Part shown: in pieces, positions 35,243-45,400 of the stretch
Position numbering within the stretch: the first letter of the stretch is position 1
Layout of the letters: each line of letters begins with the position of its first letter
Assembly: GCA_035288985.1 (NCBI GenBank)
Contig: DATDYP010000005.1
Location: 1,444 to 65,443 of the forward strand
Length of the DNA: 64,000 bases
Direction: 5' to 3'
Source of the DNA: Candidatus Nanoarchaeia archaeon
GTDB taxonomy: Archaea; Nanobdellota; Nanobdellia; Woesearchaeales; GW2011-AR9
The notes under the pieces: model-generated
Told to the model about the DNA's origin: nothing
The model's input: the letters and a program-made list of their open reading frames with translations, nothing else
Databases searched by the model: none
Program-made: the position numbers and the translations under genes

Positions 35243-35926
35243 ATGGCAGAAAAAGTCAAAGAACACGATTTTGTGAAAGTAAACTACACCGGAAAGCTTG
35301 CCGATGGGACTGTTTTTGACACCACTGAAGAAAAAATCGCCAAGGAAAACAAGCTCTTCTCTCCCAAGATGAATTATTCTCCTGCAACAGTCTGTGTCGG
35401 GGAAAAGCAAGTCCTTCCCGGCCTTGATGAGCAATTCAATGGCAAGGAAATCGGCAAAGAATACGCTATTACGCTTCCTCCAGAAAAAGCCTTTGGGAAA
35501 AGGGACATTAAAAAAATGAAGATTGTGCCCATGGGCACTTTCCGTGAGCATAAGATCAATCCCCAGCCTGGATTACAGGTTGATATTGATGGGGAGATGG
35601 GATTAATAACCAGAGTCTCCGGAGGAAGAGTCATCGTTAACTTTAATCATCCCCTGGCCGGAAAGGAAGTTATCTATACATTCAAGATCCTAAGCACAGT
35701 CACAGATACAGGCGAGAAAGTCCGTTCCTTTCTCTCAACAATGCTGAGAATGCCGGAAGAGAATATTGAAGTAATTGTGAGTGGTGAAACAGCAACAGTC
35801 ACCCTGCCGGTAGAATTTCCGGTGCAGATCTCCAGCATACTAGCACAGAAATTGATGCAGGTAACGGGATTGAAAGACGTTCTTCTGCAAAAGAGAGGCA
35901 GTGAGGCTAAGAGCCTGGCAAAATAG
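35243..35926 (+). CDS. FKBP-type peptidyl-prolyl cis-trans isomerase (SlyD-like, long archaeal type)
   Basis: VKVNYTGKLADGTVFDTT, then an IF-domain insert, then NFNHPLAGKEVIYTFKI. Confidence 0.85.
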   Translation: MAEKVKEHDFVKVNYTGKLADGTVFDTTEEKIAKENKLFSPKMNYSPATVCVGEKQVLPGLDEQFNGKEIGKEYAITLPPEKAFGKRDIKKMKIVPMGTFREHKINPQPGLQVDIDGEMGLITRVSGGRVIVNFNHPLAGKEVIYTFKILSTVTDTGEKVRSFLSTMLRMPEENIEVIVSGETATVTLPVEFPVQISSILAQKLMQVTGLKDVLLQKRGSEAKSLAK

Positions 35927-36016
35927 ATGAAGAGTAGATAGATTTCAGTGCAATAATCTTTATATACCCGTTTTCTCATCTGATCTTCATTAAAAAGAGT
36001 GAGGGTAGTTTTTACC

Positions 36017-37156
36017 ATGAATTCCTATGATACTGAACGGGAAGATATGCATAAAGTAAACTATGTTGCGGATCTCCATGCTGAGCGTATTTCCCACAAG
36101 AAAGCAAATATTGATATTGACCAGGAATTAGAACGCCTTATTTCCAGCCAGAAAACCCGCATCCGGGTCATTGGCTGCGGCGGAGCTGGCAATAACACCA
36201 TTAACCGCATCTCTGAAGTAGGCATCAAGGGCATCCAGACGACAGCTATCAATACCGATGCTCAAGATTTGCTATACACTACGGCAGACCATAAAATTCT
36301 CATCGGCAGGGAGCTGACACAAGGATTAGGCGCAGGCTCTAACCCAAAAATTGGCGAGGAAGCAGCAAAAGAGAGCGAGCATGAGATTAAAAAAAACCTT
36401 ATGGGAGCAGACATGGTTTTTATCACCTGCGGCTTAGGAGGCGGAACTGGAACTGGCAGTGCGCCTTTCGTGGCCGGCGTGGCGAAAAAAATGGGGATAT
36501 TAAGTGTCGGAGTAGTGACTATGCCTTTCAGCATGGAAGGATCGCACCGCTTTGAGAACGCCATGATCGGCCTGGAAAAACTGGAACAAAACGTCAACAC
36601 CTTAATAGTCATTCCTAATGATAAATTATTAGAGCTTGCACCACGTCTGCCCTTGCAGACGGCATTCAAGGTAGCGGATGAGATTCTTACCAATTCCGTC
36701 AAAGGAATTGCCGAGCTTGTTACTAGAACAGGGTTGGTAAATCTTGATTTTGCTGATGTGAAAGCAATCATGCGGGAAGGCGGCGTAGCTTTGATCGGCG
36801 TCGGAGAATCGGACTCAGATAACAGCGCTGAGGAGTCGGTGCAGAAAGCCCTTGACAACCCTTTGATTGATGTGGACATTTCTGATGCGACAGGCGCATT
36901 GATTAATATTTCAGGCGGAGAGAACTTGACTCTGGAAGATTCTAGAAAGATTGTGGAAACTGTTGCCGAACGTCTGGATCCGAAGGCAAAAATAATCTGG
37001 GGAGCGCAGATTTACAAGGATTTAGAGAAGACCATCAGGACCATGCTGATCATCACTGGCGTAAGTTCAGATCAGATCTTTGGCGAAGGAGATACGTTCA
37101 CCGGCAAGAGACAGCGGGAGATCCAGTCTGAATTGGGGATTGAATTTGTGAATTAG
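36017..37156 (+). CDS. ftsZ: Cell division protein FtsZ
   Basis: GCGGAGNNTINR and the tubulin signature GLGGGTGTGSAP. ATG at 36017 with upstream GTGAGGG preferred over GTG at 35999. Confidence 0.95.
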   Translation: MNSYDTEREDMHKVNYVADLHAERISHKKANIDIDQELERLISSQKTRIRVIGCGGAGNNTINRISEVGIKGIQTTAINTDAQDLLYTTADHKILIGRELTQGLGAGSNPKIGEEAAKESEHEIKKNLMGADMVFITCGLGGGTGTGSAPFVAGVAKKMGILSVGVVTMPFSMEGSHRFENAMIGLEKLEQNVNTLIVIPNDKLLELAPRLPLQTAFKVADEILTNSVKGIAELVTRTGLVNLDFADVKAIMREGGVALIGVGESDSDNSAEESVQKALDNPLIDVDISDATGALINISGGENLTLEDSRKIVETVAERLDPKAKIIWGAQIYKDLEKTIRTMLIITGVSSDQIFGEGDTFTGKRQREIQSELGIEFVN

Positions 37157-37193
37157 AACGAAGTGACCTTTAATTTAAACGCGGAGAATTTTT

Positions 37194-38153
37194 ATGGTTA
37201 TATGGAATTTTATTAACGGTCTAGATAAGAAGCCAATTGATTCTGTCAATCCAATATGGATATCAGCTTTAGAGGCTGCTTTGCAATCTCAAGCAACTCC
37301 TTTTCAATCAGGATACCATGTAAATACAGGAGGCGCTACAAGAGATGGAAAGATTGTATCTGGTGCCAATCATGAAATGGCGATTACGGATTCAATCACT
37401 CATGGTGAAGAGGCAGTTATTGCAGCTGCTCTAGATCAGTATGGAAAAGATGATCCCCTGCAAGTGATCGCTTTTATTGCAAGTGAGGGAGGAAAGATAG
37501 CAAGCCCCTGCGGTAACTGTAGGGATGCGATAAAACAGTATACTGATTTAGACAATCTAGTTATCATTAATGCTCCTAGAGATGAAGGAGTAGCGGTAGT
37601 TGTTCCGGGAAGAGCATTTTTTAAAGATAGCTTTGATGAAATTACTGGCGATGGAAAGAAGGGCTTGTTGAGCTCTGCTGGATTCTCTGAGGCAGTAAAG
37701 GCAGAGAAAAATGCATATGGAATTTATCTTTCAGAAGCTAGTCCCAGAGTATATGGAGCAGCTATTGAATGCGTAAATGGAGCAGTTTTTAGAGGAAGTT
37801 TCAGAGGAAATGTAGCCTATCATCCGGACTTGCCAATTTCTGCAGCGATAGCAAATTTTAGGGATGGAAGTGATGATCCAACCAGAATAAAGGTCAGATC
37901 AATCATTGTTGCTGCTGCAGCAAGGCCTGAGGTGCTGTATAAAGATAGACAAGACGCATTAGAATTTGCAGAAGCAGTTCAATCATTGAGTGGAAAGTCA
38001 GGACAGGCATTGCCGGTATATTTAATTGATGCTGGTAACAACAGAGTGTTCAGGACTGATACTAGCGAATGGCTGCCATTCAGCTTCTCTCCTCAGCATC
38101 TAGGATTGGCGAATGCTGTTGCAGATGGATACAGAAGGATACTTCAGTTGTAA
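37194..38153 (+). CDS. Cytidine-deaminase-fold protein, tandem-domain type (putative)
   Basis: THGEEAVIAAAL plus SPCGNCRD (H/C-A-E and PCxxC-like zinc motifs). The second half looks like a degenerate CDA fold. Confidence 0.45.
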   Translation: MVIWNFINGLDKKPIDSVNPIWISALEAALQSQATPFQSGYHVNTGGATRDGKIVSGANHEMAITDSITHGEEAVIAAALDQYGKDDPLQVIAFIASEGGKIASPCGNCRDAIKQYTDLDNLVIINAPRDEGVAVVVPGRAFFKDSFDEITGDGKKGLLSSAGFSEAVKAEKNAYGIYLSEASPRVYGAAIECVNGAVFRGSFRGNVAYHPDLPISAAIANFRDGSDDPTRIKVRSIIVAAAARPEVLYKDRQDALEFAEAVQSLSGKSGQALPVYLIDAGNNRVFRTDTSEWLPFSFSPQHLGLANAVADGYRRILQL

Positions 38154-38300
38154 TTTTATTGCTCCTTGGGGTTCCAGGTGTATTTTTTGAATTTAATACG
38201 TTATCACTCACGAAGCTTTGCTGAGACTAATTGTCGTCAAGCTCTGGGGTTACTAGCTTTCTGAGAGCATTTAAATAATAGTTAGTGTTTCTTTTTTTTA

Positions 38301-38609
38301 ATGTCGTACCAATTTAAAAAAACAGATGAGTTTGGAGTGGAATTTAATAAGTTGCCAGTAGATATTCGGAAAAGATTTGAAAATCAGTTTCGCAAAGTTG
38401 AAGAAAACCCATTTAGTTTAGGCAAACCGTTAGGATATACATGGTTTAGAGAATTGAAAAATGGGGGACATAGAGTTTACTATCTTATTTATGAAAACAA
38501 AATAATTGTTTTATTTGTTGGAGTTTCAGGAAAAAAAGACCAACAGTCATCAATAAATATAATTAAAAGCAACCTGCCTTTTTTCAAGGAATTTATAGAA
38601 AAAGAGTAG
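38301..38609 (+). CDS. RelE/ParE-family toxin-like protein
   Basis: GKPLGYTWFRELKNGGHRVYYLIYENKIIVLFVGVSGKKDQ. AT-rich islet. Confidence 0.55.
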   Translation: MSYQFKKTDEFGVEFNKLPVDIRKRFENQFRKVEENPFSLGKPLGYTWFRELKNGGHRVYYLIYENKIIVLFVGVSGKKDQQSSINIIKSNLPFFKEFIEKE

Positions 38610-38946
38610 AAAATATTATAAATAAGGGGATGATATAATCATCATGGATAAAGGAATTCAAAAGTTAATTGATGAACGACAATTGCTCATAAATGAATTG
38701 TGTATAGAGATGGTTAAAATAGATAAAAATATGGTTAAGAATAAACAAAATGAGCAAAGAAATTAAAAATATTAAAGAAGAACTAAAAGAGCAAAATAAG
38801 TTTCTTAAGTCACTTTTAAGATCATTTGATGATATAAAAAAAGGCAAAATATCTGATTTTAAGTTTTCTAGTTAATTATTCTAAAAGGTATTAAAGAGGT
38901 ATATGGTATGATTACCAAGACGAGGTTACTTCTAAACTCAGCCAAG

Positions 38947-39408
38947 TCATAAGTCAAACAACTTCTTACATACCTCCTCAAACGCTTCCCTCTGTTCGGG
39001 ATACAGGGTAAGAAGACTGCGAGCTTCATCATAAGAACACCATTTACTGTCAGTATGCCCTTCATCTTCTGAAAGATGTATTTCTAGGTCCGGACCAGTA
39101 TAACGAACGGCAACGGCAGTCAAATCAACATGAATATCCCTTCCCAGTCTTACAGCATTATAACTAGTTGAATGGGCAGCCTGGCACATGACTTCTAAAT
39201 TTGATTTTGGCAGGTCGGTCTCTTCATGTGTTTCCCGTTTTGCCGCGGCCGAAAGGTCTTCATCATCTTCCAATCCACCCTGCGGATTCTGCCAGTACTG
39301 TTTCCGCGCTGCAAACAGCAGCAAGAATTGGTATTCTTGATCTATCTTGCGATAGACGATTGCCCGGACATTCTTTCTGGTATCCATAGAAACAATGAAT
39401 ATATTCAT
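38947..39408 (-). CDS. Nudix hydrolase
   Basis: Nudix box GGLEDDEDLSAAAKRETHEETDL. Start uncertain (39408 or 39450). Confidence 0.75.
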   Translation of the reverse strand: MNIFIVSMDTRKNVRAIVYRKIDQEYQFLLLFAARKQYWQNPQGGLEDDEDLSAAAKRETHEETDLPKSNLEVMCQAAHSTSYNAVRLGRDIHVDLTAVAVRYTGPDLEIHLSEDEGHTDSKWCSYDEARSLLTLYPEQREAFEEVCKKLFDL

Positions 39409-39506
39409 TTTTTTTAAAAAGATTGTTGTAGAAGTAGAGAACCCCCTCATAAAGAGTAGAATAGATTACAGATATCTATAAAAGGGATTAAATTTTACGT
39501 TATAAT

Positions 39507-40325
39507 ATGAACCTAGTAGTCCTCGATTTTGATGGAACGATCACCAATGTTGATGAAGAAGCTAGACCCTATGTAGAAGGATACAAAAATGATGTAAAAG
39601 ATCTGGTCGGTCTTTCCCAAGCTGACTTTGATCGCGCTTGGGAAAGTGCTGCACAAGAAATCAGGAGCAATCCTTCCCGTTATGGATGGGAAAACGCTGG
39701 CAGAATCATTGCCCCTGCCTATGGAGACCCAATTCTGTTTTCGCAAACTGTTGTCCCCCTTTTATTTGACCAGGTAGGAATTTTGAAAGATGAACAAGAA
39801 CGCACAGCGACAATAGAGCAGTTATACGAGCAGAATTATCCAAAAACAAAAACGGTGTTCCGGGAAGGCGCTGATGAGTTCTTAACAGCTCTTCTCCAGA
39901 ATACGGCTGCCTGTGTCGTAACCAATGCCCGGACTCAGAAAGTAGAAGCAAAATTAGCCCAGCTGCCGACACGGCATGCTCTACCCGTGTACGGACATGC
40001 CAGAAAGAACGTCCTTGATCTTTCTTGGACGGATGTTCCGGAGAGTATTGATGCTGGCCTTGGCAGGCCGGTGTTCTTACAGAGAAAGATGTATGCTGAC
40101 GTACTGGCAGGGATAATGGAAGAAAAACAATGTACTTCTAAGGATGTCACGGTATTCGGGGACATTTTTGAAATGGATCTGGCCTTGCCGCAAGCTTTGG
40201 GAATGAATATCGCTCTAGCAGTAGGCAGCAACACGCTGCAATGCGAACGTGAAGCAGTCAGAAGGGTAGGAGGAGTTTGTATCTACAGCCTTGAGGAAGC
40301 AAGCAGGTATCTCTGCAACAGATAA
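39507..40325 (+). CDS. HAD-superfamily hydrolase
   Basis: VVLDFDGTITN (motif I), VTNAR, GDIFEMD. Confidence 0.6.
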   Translation: MNLVVLDFDGTITNVDEEARPYVEGYKNDVKDLVGLSQADFDRAWESAAQEIRSNPSRYGWENAGRIIAPAYGDPILFSQTVVPLLFDQVGILKDEQERTATIEQLYEQNYPKTKTVFREGADEFLTALLQNTAACVVTNARTQKVEAKLAQLPTRHALPVYGHARKNVLDLSWTDVPESIDAGLGRPVFLQRKMYADVLAGIMEEKQCTSKDVTVFGDIFEMDLALPQALGMNIALAVGSNTLQCEREAVRRVGGVCIYSLEEASRYLCNR

Positions 40326-40373
40326 ACCACACCTTCAGAATGTTTTTAAAGTCATTTTCTAAACAGGCTAGGT

Positions 40374-41645
40374 ATGACTAACGTTCACGTTATTACTCAA
40401 GACAGTCCTGTGATCCAGGCAGATTCGGAACGTATGAAAGGGCTGCTGAAACAGGCTACGTTTGAAATAACAGAAAACCTGGAAGAAGGAGATATTGTCA
40501 TTTTCAACACCTGTTCTGCTAGGACGTCCAGTGAAACAGACTTCTTTACAGAGCTTGAGGAATTGAAAAAAGAGTACCCTTATAAGATTTTTATCGTAGC
40601 AGGGTGCTTGGCGCTCTCTAACTCCTCAAGACTGAAACCATTTTCTGCAGTAGGGCCGGAACAATTTCACAGGATCGTGGAGGCAGTTGAGGAATCACTG
40701 AATGACAATGTTGTCAAAATGCTGAAAAGTGAAGAGACACCGCCTTTGATGCTGCCTACACTACGAGGAAGTTCCATCGTGGAAATAATTCCTGTCAACA
40801 GGGGCTGTCTCCCTTCTTGTACTTACTGCAAACCAAAACCTGACCGGAACATGAAGTCATATCCTCTTGAAGACATTGTTGCAACGGCGCGGAAGGCCCT
40901 GCAGGAAGGTGTTAAAGAAATCTGGCTAACCTCCTGGGATACCTTGTGCTATGGATTTGATACGGGAACAAATATCGCCAAGCTTCTCCAAGAGCTGGTA
41001 AATCTTCCAGGGGCATTCAAGATACGGCTGGACATGGGCAATCCTGCGCACCTGCTGAAAATGAAAGACCAACTCTTTCCGCTGTTAGGACATGAAAAAA
41101 TGTTTAAGTTCCTTCACTTACCAGCCCAGAGTGGAAGCAATAAATTACTCAAGGCCATGCACAAAGAACATACCAAAGAAGACTTTCTGGAACTGGTGAG
41201 CGAACTTAAAATAGCTGTTCCCAATATTACCCTGGCTACTGATTTCGTGGTTGGCTTCCCTTCTGAAACAGATGATGACCACTGGCAGACGCTAGAATTA
41301 GTGCGGAAAACCATGCCGGATCTGATCAGCATCTGGCAATACCGGCTGCGCGATAGTCCCTCAGCTGAGCCAGGGCAGGAAGAGATCATTAAGCGCAGGG
41401 CCTCTGTGCTTACCGATATTTTTCATAATATTTCCAAGCTTCAAAATGAAAGATGGCGGGGCTGGGAAGGAGAGATACTTATCGAACAGAAAGGCAGGGA
41501 GGAGCAGCAATGGATAGGCCGGAATGAATACTATAAGCCAGTCATTGTAGAAGGTAACTTTACTCTCGGTGCAATGGTTAAGGTGCGGATCATGAAAACT
41601 GATACCTCCGGCCTGAAAGGGGAAGTTGTAGAAATAAAACAATGA
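40374..41645 (+). CDS. Radical-SAM methylthiotransferase (MiaB/MtaB-like, archaeal type)
   Basis: N-terminal MTTase domain (FNTCS), radical-SAM CLPSCTYC, C-terminal TRAM-like domain. Confidence 0.8.
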   Translation: MTNVHVITQDSPVIQADSERMKGLLKQATFEITENLEEGDIVIFNTCSARTSSETDFFTELEELKKEYPYKIFIVAGCLALSNSSRLKPFSAVGPEQFHRIVEAVEESLNDNVVKMLKSEETPPLMLPTLRGSSIVEIIPVNRGCLPSCTYCKPKPDRNMKSYPLEDIVATARKALQEGVKEIWLTSWDTLCYGFDTGTNIAKLLQELVNLPGAFKIRLDMGNPAHLLKMKDQLFPLLGHEKMFKFLHLPAQSGSNKLLKAMHKEHTKEDFLELVSELKIAVPNITLATDFVVGFPSETDDDHWQTLELVRKTMPDLISIWQYRLRDSPSAEPGQEEIIKRRASVLTDIFHNISKLQNERWRGWEGEILIEQKGREEQQWIGRNEYYKPVIVEGNFTLGAMVKVRIMKTDTSGLKGEVVEIKQ

Positions 41646-41647
41646 GA

Positions 41648-42262
41648 CTACCCTTCTGGAAACATCCCTTGTTCGATCTCTTTGGTGATTTCCTTCTTCA
41701 TTTCTTCCAGAACTTCTTCTTCCGTTTTTAGAGGAGGCCTTTCCCCGGCATAGGATTGCAGCAGGTGTTTCACTTGAGCATAAATGTGTACGGTATCTTC
41801 TACCAACTCTGACGTGGCGCCGCTTTCTACAGGAAAGGTATAGATATATTTGTTAAACACGCCTTTGAGAAAATACACTAAGGGCTTCATACCCCATCGG
41901 CCTTCATAATTGGTGATCGACCAGGCGTCGAAAGCAACATGCACATCTCCTTTGTCAAACTTGCGCGGAACACCGTTCTTTTTCTCGGTATGTTCCGTAA
42001 CATTATCCAGAGTGATCCTGATCTTGATCATCAGATTGATGTAGTTAGTGACAATCTTATACGGCCGCAGTTCCAGGTACAATTTGCGTCCAGTAGGAGT
42101 GACTTTCTCTTCCGCTCTTTTTTCCTGCTTGGTGTATCCTTTCTCTTCCAAAGCAGCATTCACCTGGGAGAAGATCTCATCAGCCAGGAAGATTCCGCTG
42201 TACCTGAATTCCTTGTTGTTGACAACTAAATTCTTTTCAACAGTAAATGAGATATCTGCCAT
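41648..42262 (-). CDS. Uncharacterised protein, paralog family member A
   Basis: Shares FRYSGIF..DEIF, NYINLMIKIRITL, GDVHVAFDAW and AQVKHLLQSY blocks with the ORFs at 42265-42786 and 46875-47408. Confidence 0.5.
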   Translation of the reverse strand: MADISFTVEKNLVVNNKEFRYSGIFLADEIFSQVNAALEEKGYTKQEKRAEEKVTPTGRKLYLELRPYKIVTNYINLMIKIRITLDNVTEHTEKKNGVPRKFDKGDVHVAFDAWSITNYEGRWGMKPLVYFLKGVFNKYIYTFPVESGATSELVEDTVHIYAQVKHLLQSYAGERPPLKTEEEVLEEMKKEITKEIEQGMFPEG

Positions 42263-42264
42263 GA

Positions 42265-42786
42265 TTAGCTTCCCTGCTTGCTGTAAGAGTAGTGGAATGA
42301 ATTGAGATAGGTCTTAACCTGCCGATGTACATCTTCAATATCTCCCCTGATCCATGTTTCCGCTTTCGCGAAATGGTCCCGGAAAAAGTATTTCTCAAAA
42401 ACAATGCTCATAAACCAGTGGAGAGGCTTACTACTCCATTGGTTATCTCTGTCACTGATGACAAAACCATCAAAGGTGATATTGATCTTGCCATTACTAA
42501 CATTCAGTTTCTGCTGGTCCTTTTCAAGATCAGCAGGAGTAACGTTGGAAATGAGGATCTTGATCTTGACCGCAATCTTGTAGTAATCGCTGATATTCTT
42601 CCAAGGCTCGAAGATCATGCGGATCTGCTTCCCTGCCGGTGTAACCTGAAGCTCATTCATCTTCTCATACCAATCCCAGCCTTTTTCAAAGAAAAATGAG
42701 GCCACGACGTTATATAATTCATCTGGGTTAAAGACACCATCGTACTCTAGTTTGAGGTGGTCAACCACCAGGGTTCGTTCTACCAT
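42265..42786 (-). CDS. Uncharacterised protein, paralog family member B
   Basis: LEYDGVFNPDELY, DYYKIAVKIKILI, GKINITFDGF, RQVKTYLNSF. 2-nt spacer to member A. Confidence 0.5.
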   Translation of the reverse strand: MVERTLVVDHLKLEYDGVFNPDELYNVVASFFFEKGWDWYEKMNELQVTPAGKQIRMIFEPWKNISDYYKIAVKIKILISNVTPADLEKDQQKLNVSNGKINITFDGFVISDRDNQWSSKPLHWFMSIVFEKYFFRDHFAKAETWIRGDIEDVHRQVKTYLNSFHYSYSKQGS

Positions 42787-42920
42787 CGGTTAGTTTCTCT
42801 AAAGGCTAAAGCTATCATATCTGGATTAAAGGTTTTTTACTTATAAAGATTGTGGGGAAGAGAGCAGGGGATGGTTTTTTTCCATTAATTTTAAAAAGAG
42901 ATGCCCCTCCTGAATCTAAA

Positions 42921-43679
42921 ATGGAAAGCAGAACTATTGGAAGATTGGCGGGAATCCGCAGATATCCAGTTAAGAGTATGGCGGGAGAAGATGTTAATGC
43001 TGTTTATGTTCATGAAACCGGCCTCAATGGAGATAGAGTATTTGCTTTTTACGATCACAATTCTAGGAGGGATGAGCTGCCTTATTTTACCGGTCGGGAG
43101 AAAAAAGGATTACTATTAGCAAAACCTGAAATAATTAATGAACCTGATAGAACTCAGCCCTATCCCGAGGGATATAAACCAATAGTTGATGTGGTCTTGC
43201 CAAATGGAAAGGGAATCTATGAAGTATCGGATCCTGCAATTATTGCCTATATCACAGAATTATGTGTCCCAAGAGAAGTTTCAGTAACAGTGGACTACCG
43301 CAGAGCTGGTATCCAAGACAGTAAGCCGATTTCTATTATGGGATTACAGACAGTAGATCAACTAGCTCGAGAATCAGGAGTTAGTGGATTAGACCCAAGA
43401 AGATTTAGAGAGAATTTTTATGTTTCCTGGGATAATAATCAACCATTTTTTGAAGATAGCTTAGTAGGAAGATGCTTGCAGGTTGGAGATGAATTAGTGA
43501 TACATGTCGTGAAAAAAAATGAGCGGTGCCCGATGATTTGTGTTGATCCGGATACAGCAGAATATGATAAAAGGGTGCTAGGTACAGTGGCAAGAGAGCA
43601 TGGGATGAACGCGGGAGTATATGCGATGGTGAGAACACCAGGTGCAGTACGCCGGAATGATTCAATAGTTCTGCTGTGA
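42921..43679 (+). CDS. MOSC domain protein
   Basis: IRRYPVKSMAGEDV...LNGDRVFAF (MOSC_N beta-barrel) and a C-terminal MOSC-like region with a conserved Cys (NERCPMICVDPDT). ATG at 42921 preferred. Confidence 0.65.
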   Translation: MESRTIGRLAGIRRYPVKSMAGEDVNAVYVHETGLNGDRVFAFYDHNSRRDELPYFTGREKKGLLLAKPEIINEPDRTQPYPEGYKPIVDVVLPNGKGIYEVSDPAIIAYITELCVPREVSVTVDYRRAGIQDSKPISIMGLQTVDQLARESGVSGLDPRRFRENFYVSWDNNQPFFEDSLVGRCLQVGDELVIHVVKKNERCPMICVDPDTAEYDKRVLGTVAREHGMNAGVYAMVRTPGAVRRNDSIVLL

Positions 43680-43775
43680 TACTGATGCAAAAAGAAAAAT
43701 GTATTCTTTTCACCACCACAAACTTTAATAACCATCACGGAATTCTGGAATAGCAAGAGGGGTGTAGCATAACGC

Positions 43776-44414
43776 ATGGCGAGGTCATTTTTACGAAATT
43801 TATTCAAGAAATTATCGTTTAACCCGTTCGGTAGAAAAAGCCATTTCAAGCTAGGTCTTTACGGGCCTCCCAATGGCGGGAAATCAACGCTAGCCAACCG
43901 GATCTGCCAGGACTGGCTGGGCGAGGAAATGTCTTCTGTTTCGCATATCGCCCACGAAACAAGGGAAATCAATATTAAGGAGCAGGTCAATATTAAGAAC
44001 AAAAAAGGAAAAGAACTGACCTTCTCACTTGTCGACACGCCAGGAATTTCTACCAGGATTGATTATGAAGACTTTATCAGGAAGGGCATGAAGAAAGCTG
44101 ATGCCAAAAAACGGGCTAAGGAAGCAACAAAAGGAGTCATCGATTCTATCAAATGGCTTGACGACATGGATTCAGTTGTAGTGGTCTTAGATGCTACTCA
44201 GGATCCGTACTCCCAAGTGAATATCACCATCATTGGTAATCTGCAGGCTCGTAATATCCCAGTCCTGATAGCAGCTAATAAAGTAGATCTGAAAAAAGCA
44301 AATATGGATTCAATTAAAGCTGCCTTCCCCCAATATGAAGTGGTAGGCATTTCCGCTAAATACGGGAAAAACGTAGAAGATTTCTACGAGCAGCTCTTTA
44401 AGCTGGTACGGTAA
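43776..44414 (+). CDS. Small GTP-binding protein (Era/HSR1-like archaeal GTPase)
   Basis: G1 GPPNGGKST, G3 DTPG, G4 NKVD. Confidence 0.75.
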   Translation: MARSFLRNLFKKLSFNPFGRKSHFKLGLYGPPNGGKSTLANRICQDWLGEEMSSVSHIAHETREINIKEQVNIKNKKGKELTFSLVDTPGISTRIDYEDFIRKGMKKADAKKRAKEATKGVIDSIKWLDDMDSVVVVLDATQDPYSQVNITIIGNLQARNIPVLIAANKVDLKKANMDSIKAAFPQYEVVGISAKYGKNVEDFYEQLFKLVR

Positions 44415-44487
44415 GCATGTATCCGAACAGGCAAGGAATACATTTAAAAACCCTAAAAATTTACTACAATACTGAAAAGAGGACATA

Positions 44488-44895
44488 ATGGTAACATTTC
44501 AATTCGTTCCCTTCCATGAAGTGGAGAATCTCTCAGCAGCAAAGAGAGTTAACAAGCTTCTAAAAATAGTGAAGGAAGACAAGATTGTCATCATGGAAGG
44601 AAGGCTGAGGAAGCAGGAAGAAGCTGATCTTATTGAGATCACTATGGAGGAGATTTCGCCCAAATTTAAGGGCATCGAGCTCAGCGTCATTTACCCGGAC
44701 AAGAACAGCCAGGATGCGATGCAGAGAGTAAAGGGGGCATTTGCCAATATGCTCTTAGGCGACCGCCAGGGGTTGACCATCATCGGGCCGGCTTCTATCG
44801 TGAAGCGGATCGAAAAAAATCCGGATAAAATAGAGTTGTTTACCAACGAAAGCCCAGGCGGCAGGTACCGGGGCAAAAAGAGAAAAAGAAAGTAG
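44488..44895 (+). CDS. Conserved archaeal protein that accompanies the GTPase (DUF2073-like, putative)
   Basis: Sits between the GTPase and a Zn-ribbon gene, matching a triad remembered from Euryarchaeota. Basic C-terminal tail. Confidence 0.4.
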   Translation: MVTFQFVPFHEVENLSAAKRVNKLLKIVKEDKIVIMEGRLRKQEEADLIEITMEEISPKFKGIELSVIYPDKNSQDAMQRVKGAFANMLLGDRQGLTIIGPASIVKRIEKNPDKIELFTNESPGGRYRGKKRKRK

Positions 44896-44951
44896 GGATG
44901 TATATACTCTTTAATAGAAACCTATAAATAGGCTCAAGCCAGAGTAATATC

Positions 44952-45323
44952 ATGCCACACCAATGTGTCCGTTGCAGCGCTCTCTATCAAGATGGCGCGG
45001 AAGAAATCCTCAAGGGCTGTAGTTGTGGTGCCAGGCTTTTTTTCTATATCAAGAAGAAGGATATCGATCACGGCAAGGAACTTCTGACCAATCTGTCGGA
45101 CGATGACAAGAAGAATATTGAAAAAGATATTACTGAAATACTGAATATCAAGCTGGATGTAAATGCTCCTGTTGTGCTTGACATTGAAGCCATCAGGGTC
45201 ATCAAACCGGGAAAATACGAGCTGGATCTGGTGCACTTGTTTAAGAAGGATCCGTTAATAATCAAATTAGAAGAAGGAAAATACATCATCGATCTGCCCC
45301 AGGCCTTTAAGAAGGAGAAATAA
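44952..45323 (+). CDS. Zn-ribbon protein (DUF2072-like, putative)
   Basis: N-terminal CVRC...CSCG four-Cys ribbon. Confidence 0.5.
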   Translation: MPHQCVRCSALYQDGAEEILKGCSCGARLFFYIKKKDIDHGKELLTNLSDDDKKNIEKDITEILNIKLDVNAPVVLDIEAIRVIKPGKYELDLVHLFKKDPLIIKLEEGKYIIDLPQAFKKEK

Positions 45324-45400
45324 ATCTTATTGCAAGAGACAACAAGGAGGATTAAGACCGCGCTCATTCTCAAAAACAGTAGGTCTATGACAGGTGTCCA

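Noticed and set aside
36262-36879. 205-aa minus-strand ORF overlapping ftsZ
   Set aside because: It is antisense to the unmistakable FtsZ coding frame, and its translation is Ser/Pro/Ala-rich noise.
38644-38877. Two tiny ORFs (39 and 41 aa) downstream of the RelE-like gene that could be antitoxins
   Set aside because: They are very short, extremely AT-rich and Lys/Asn/Ile-rich, lie downstream rather than upstream of the toxin, and have no DNA-binding motif. There is not enough evidence to annotate them.
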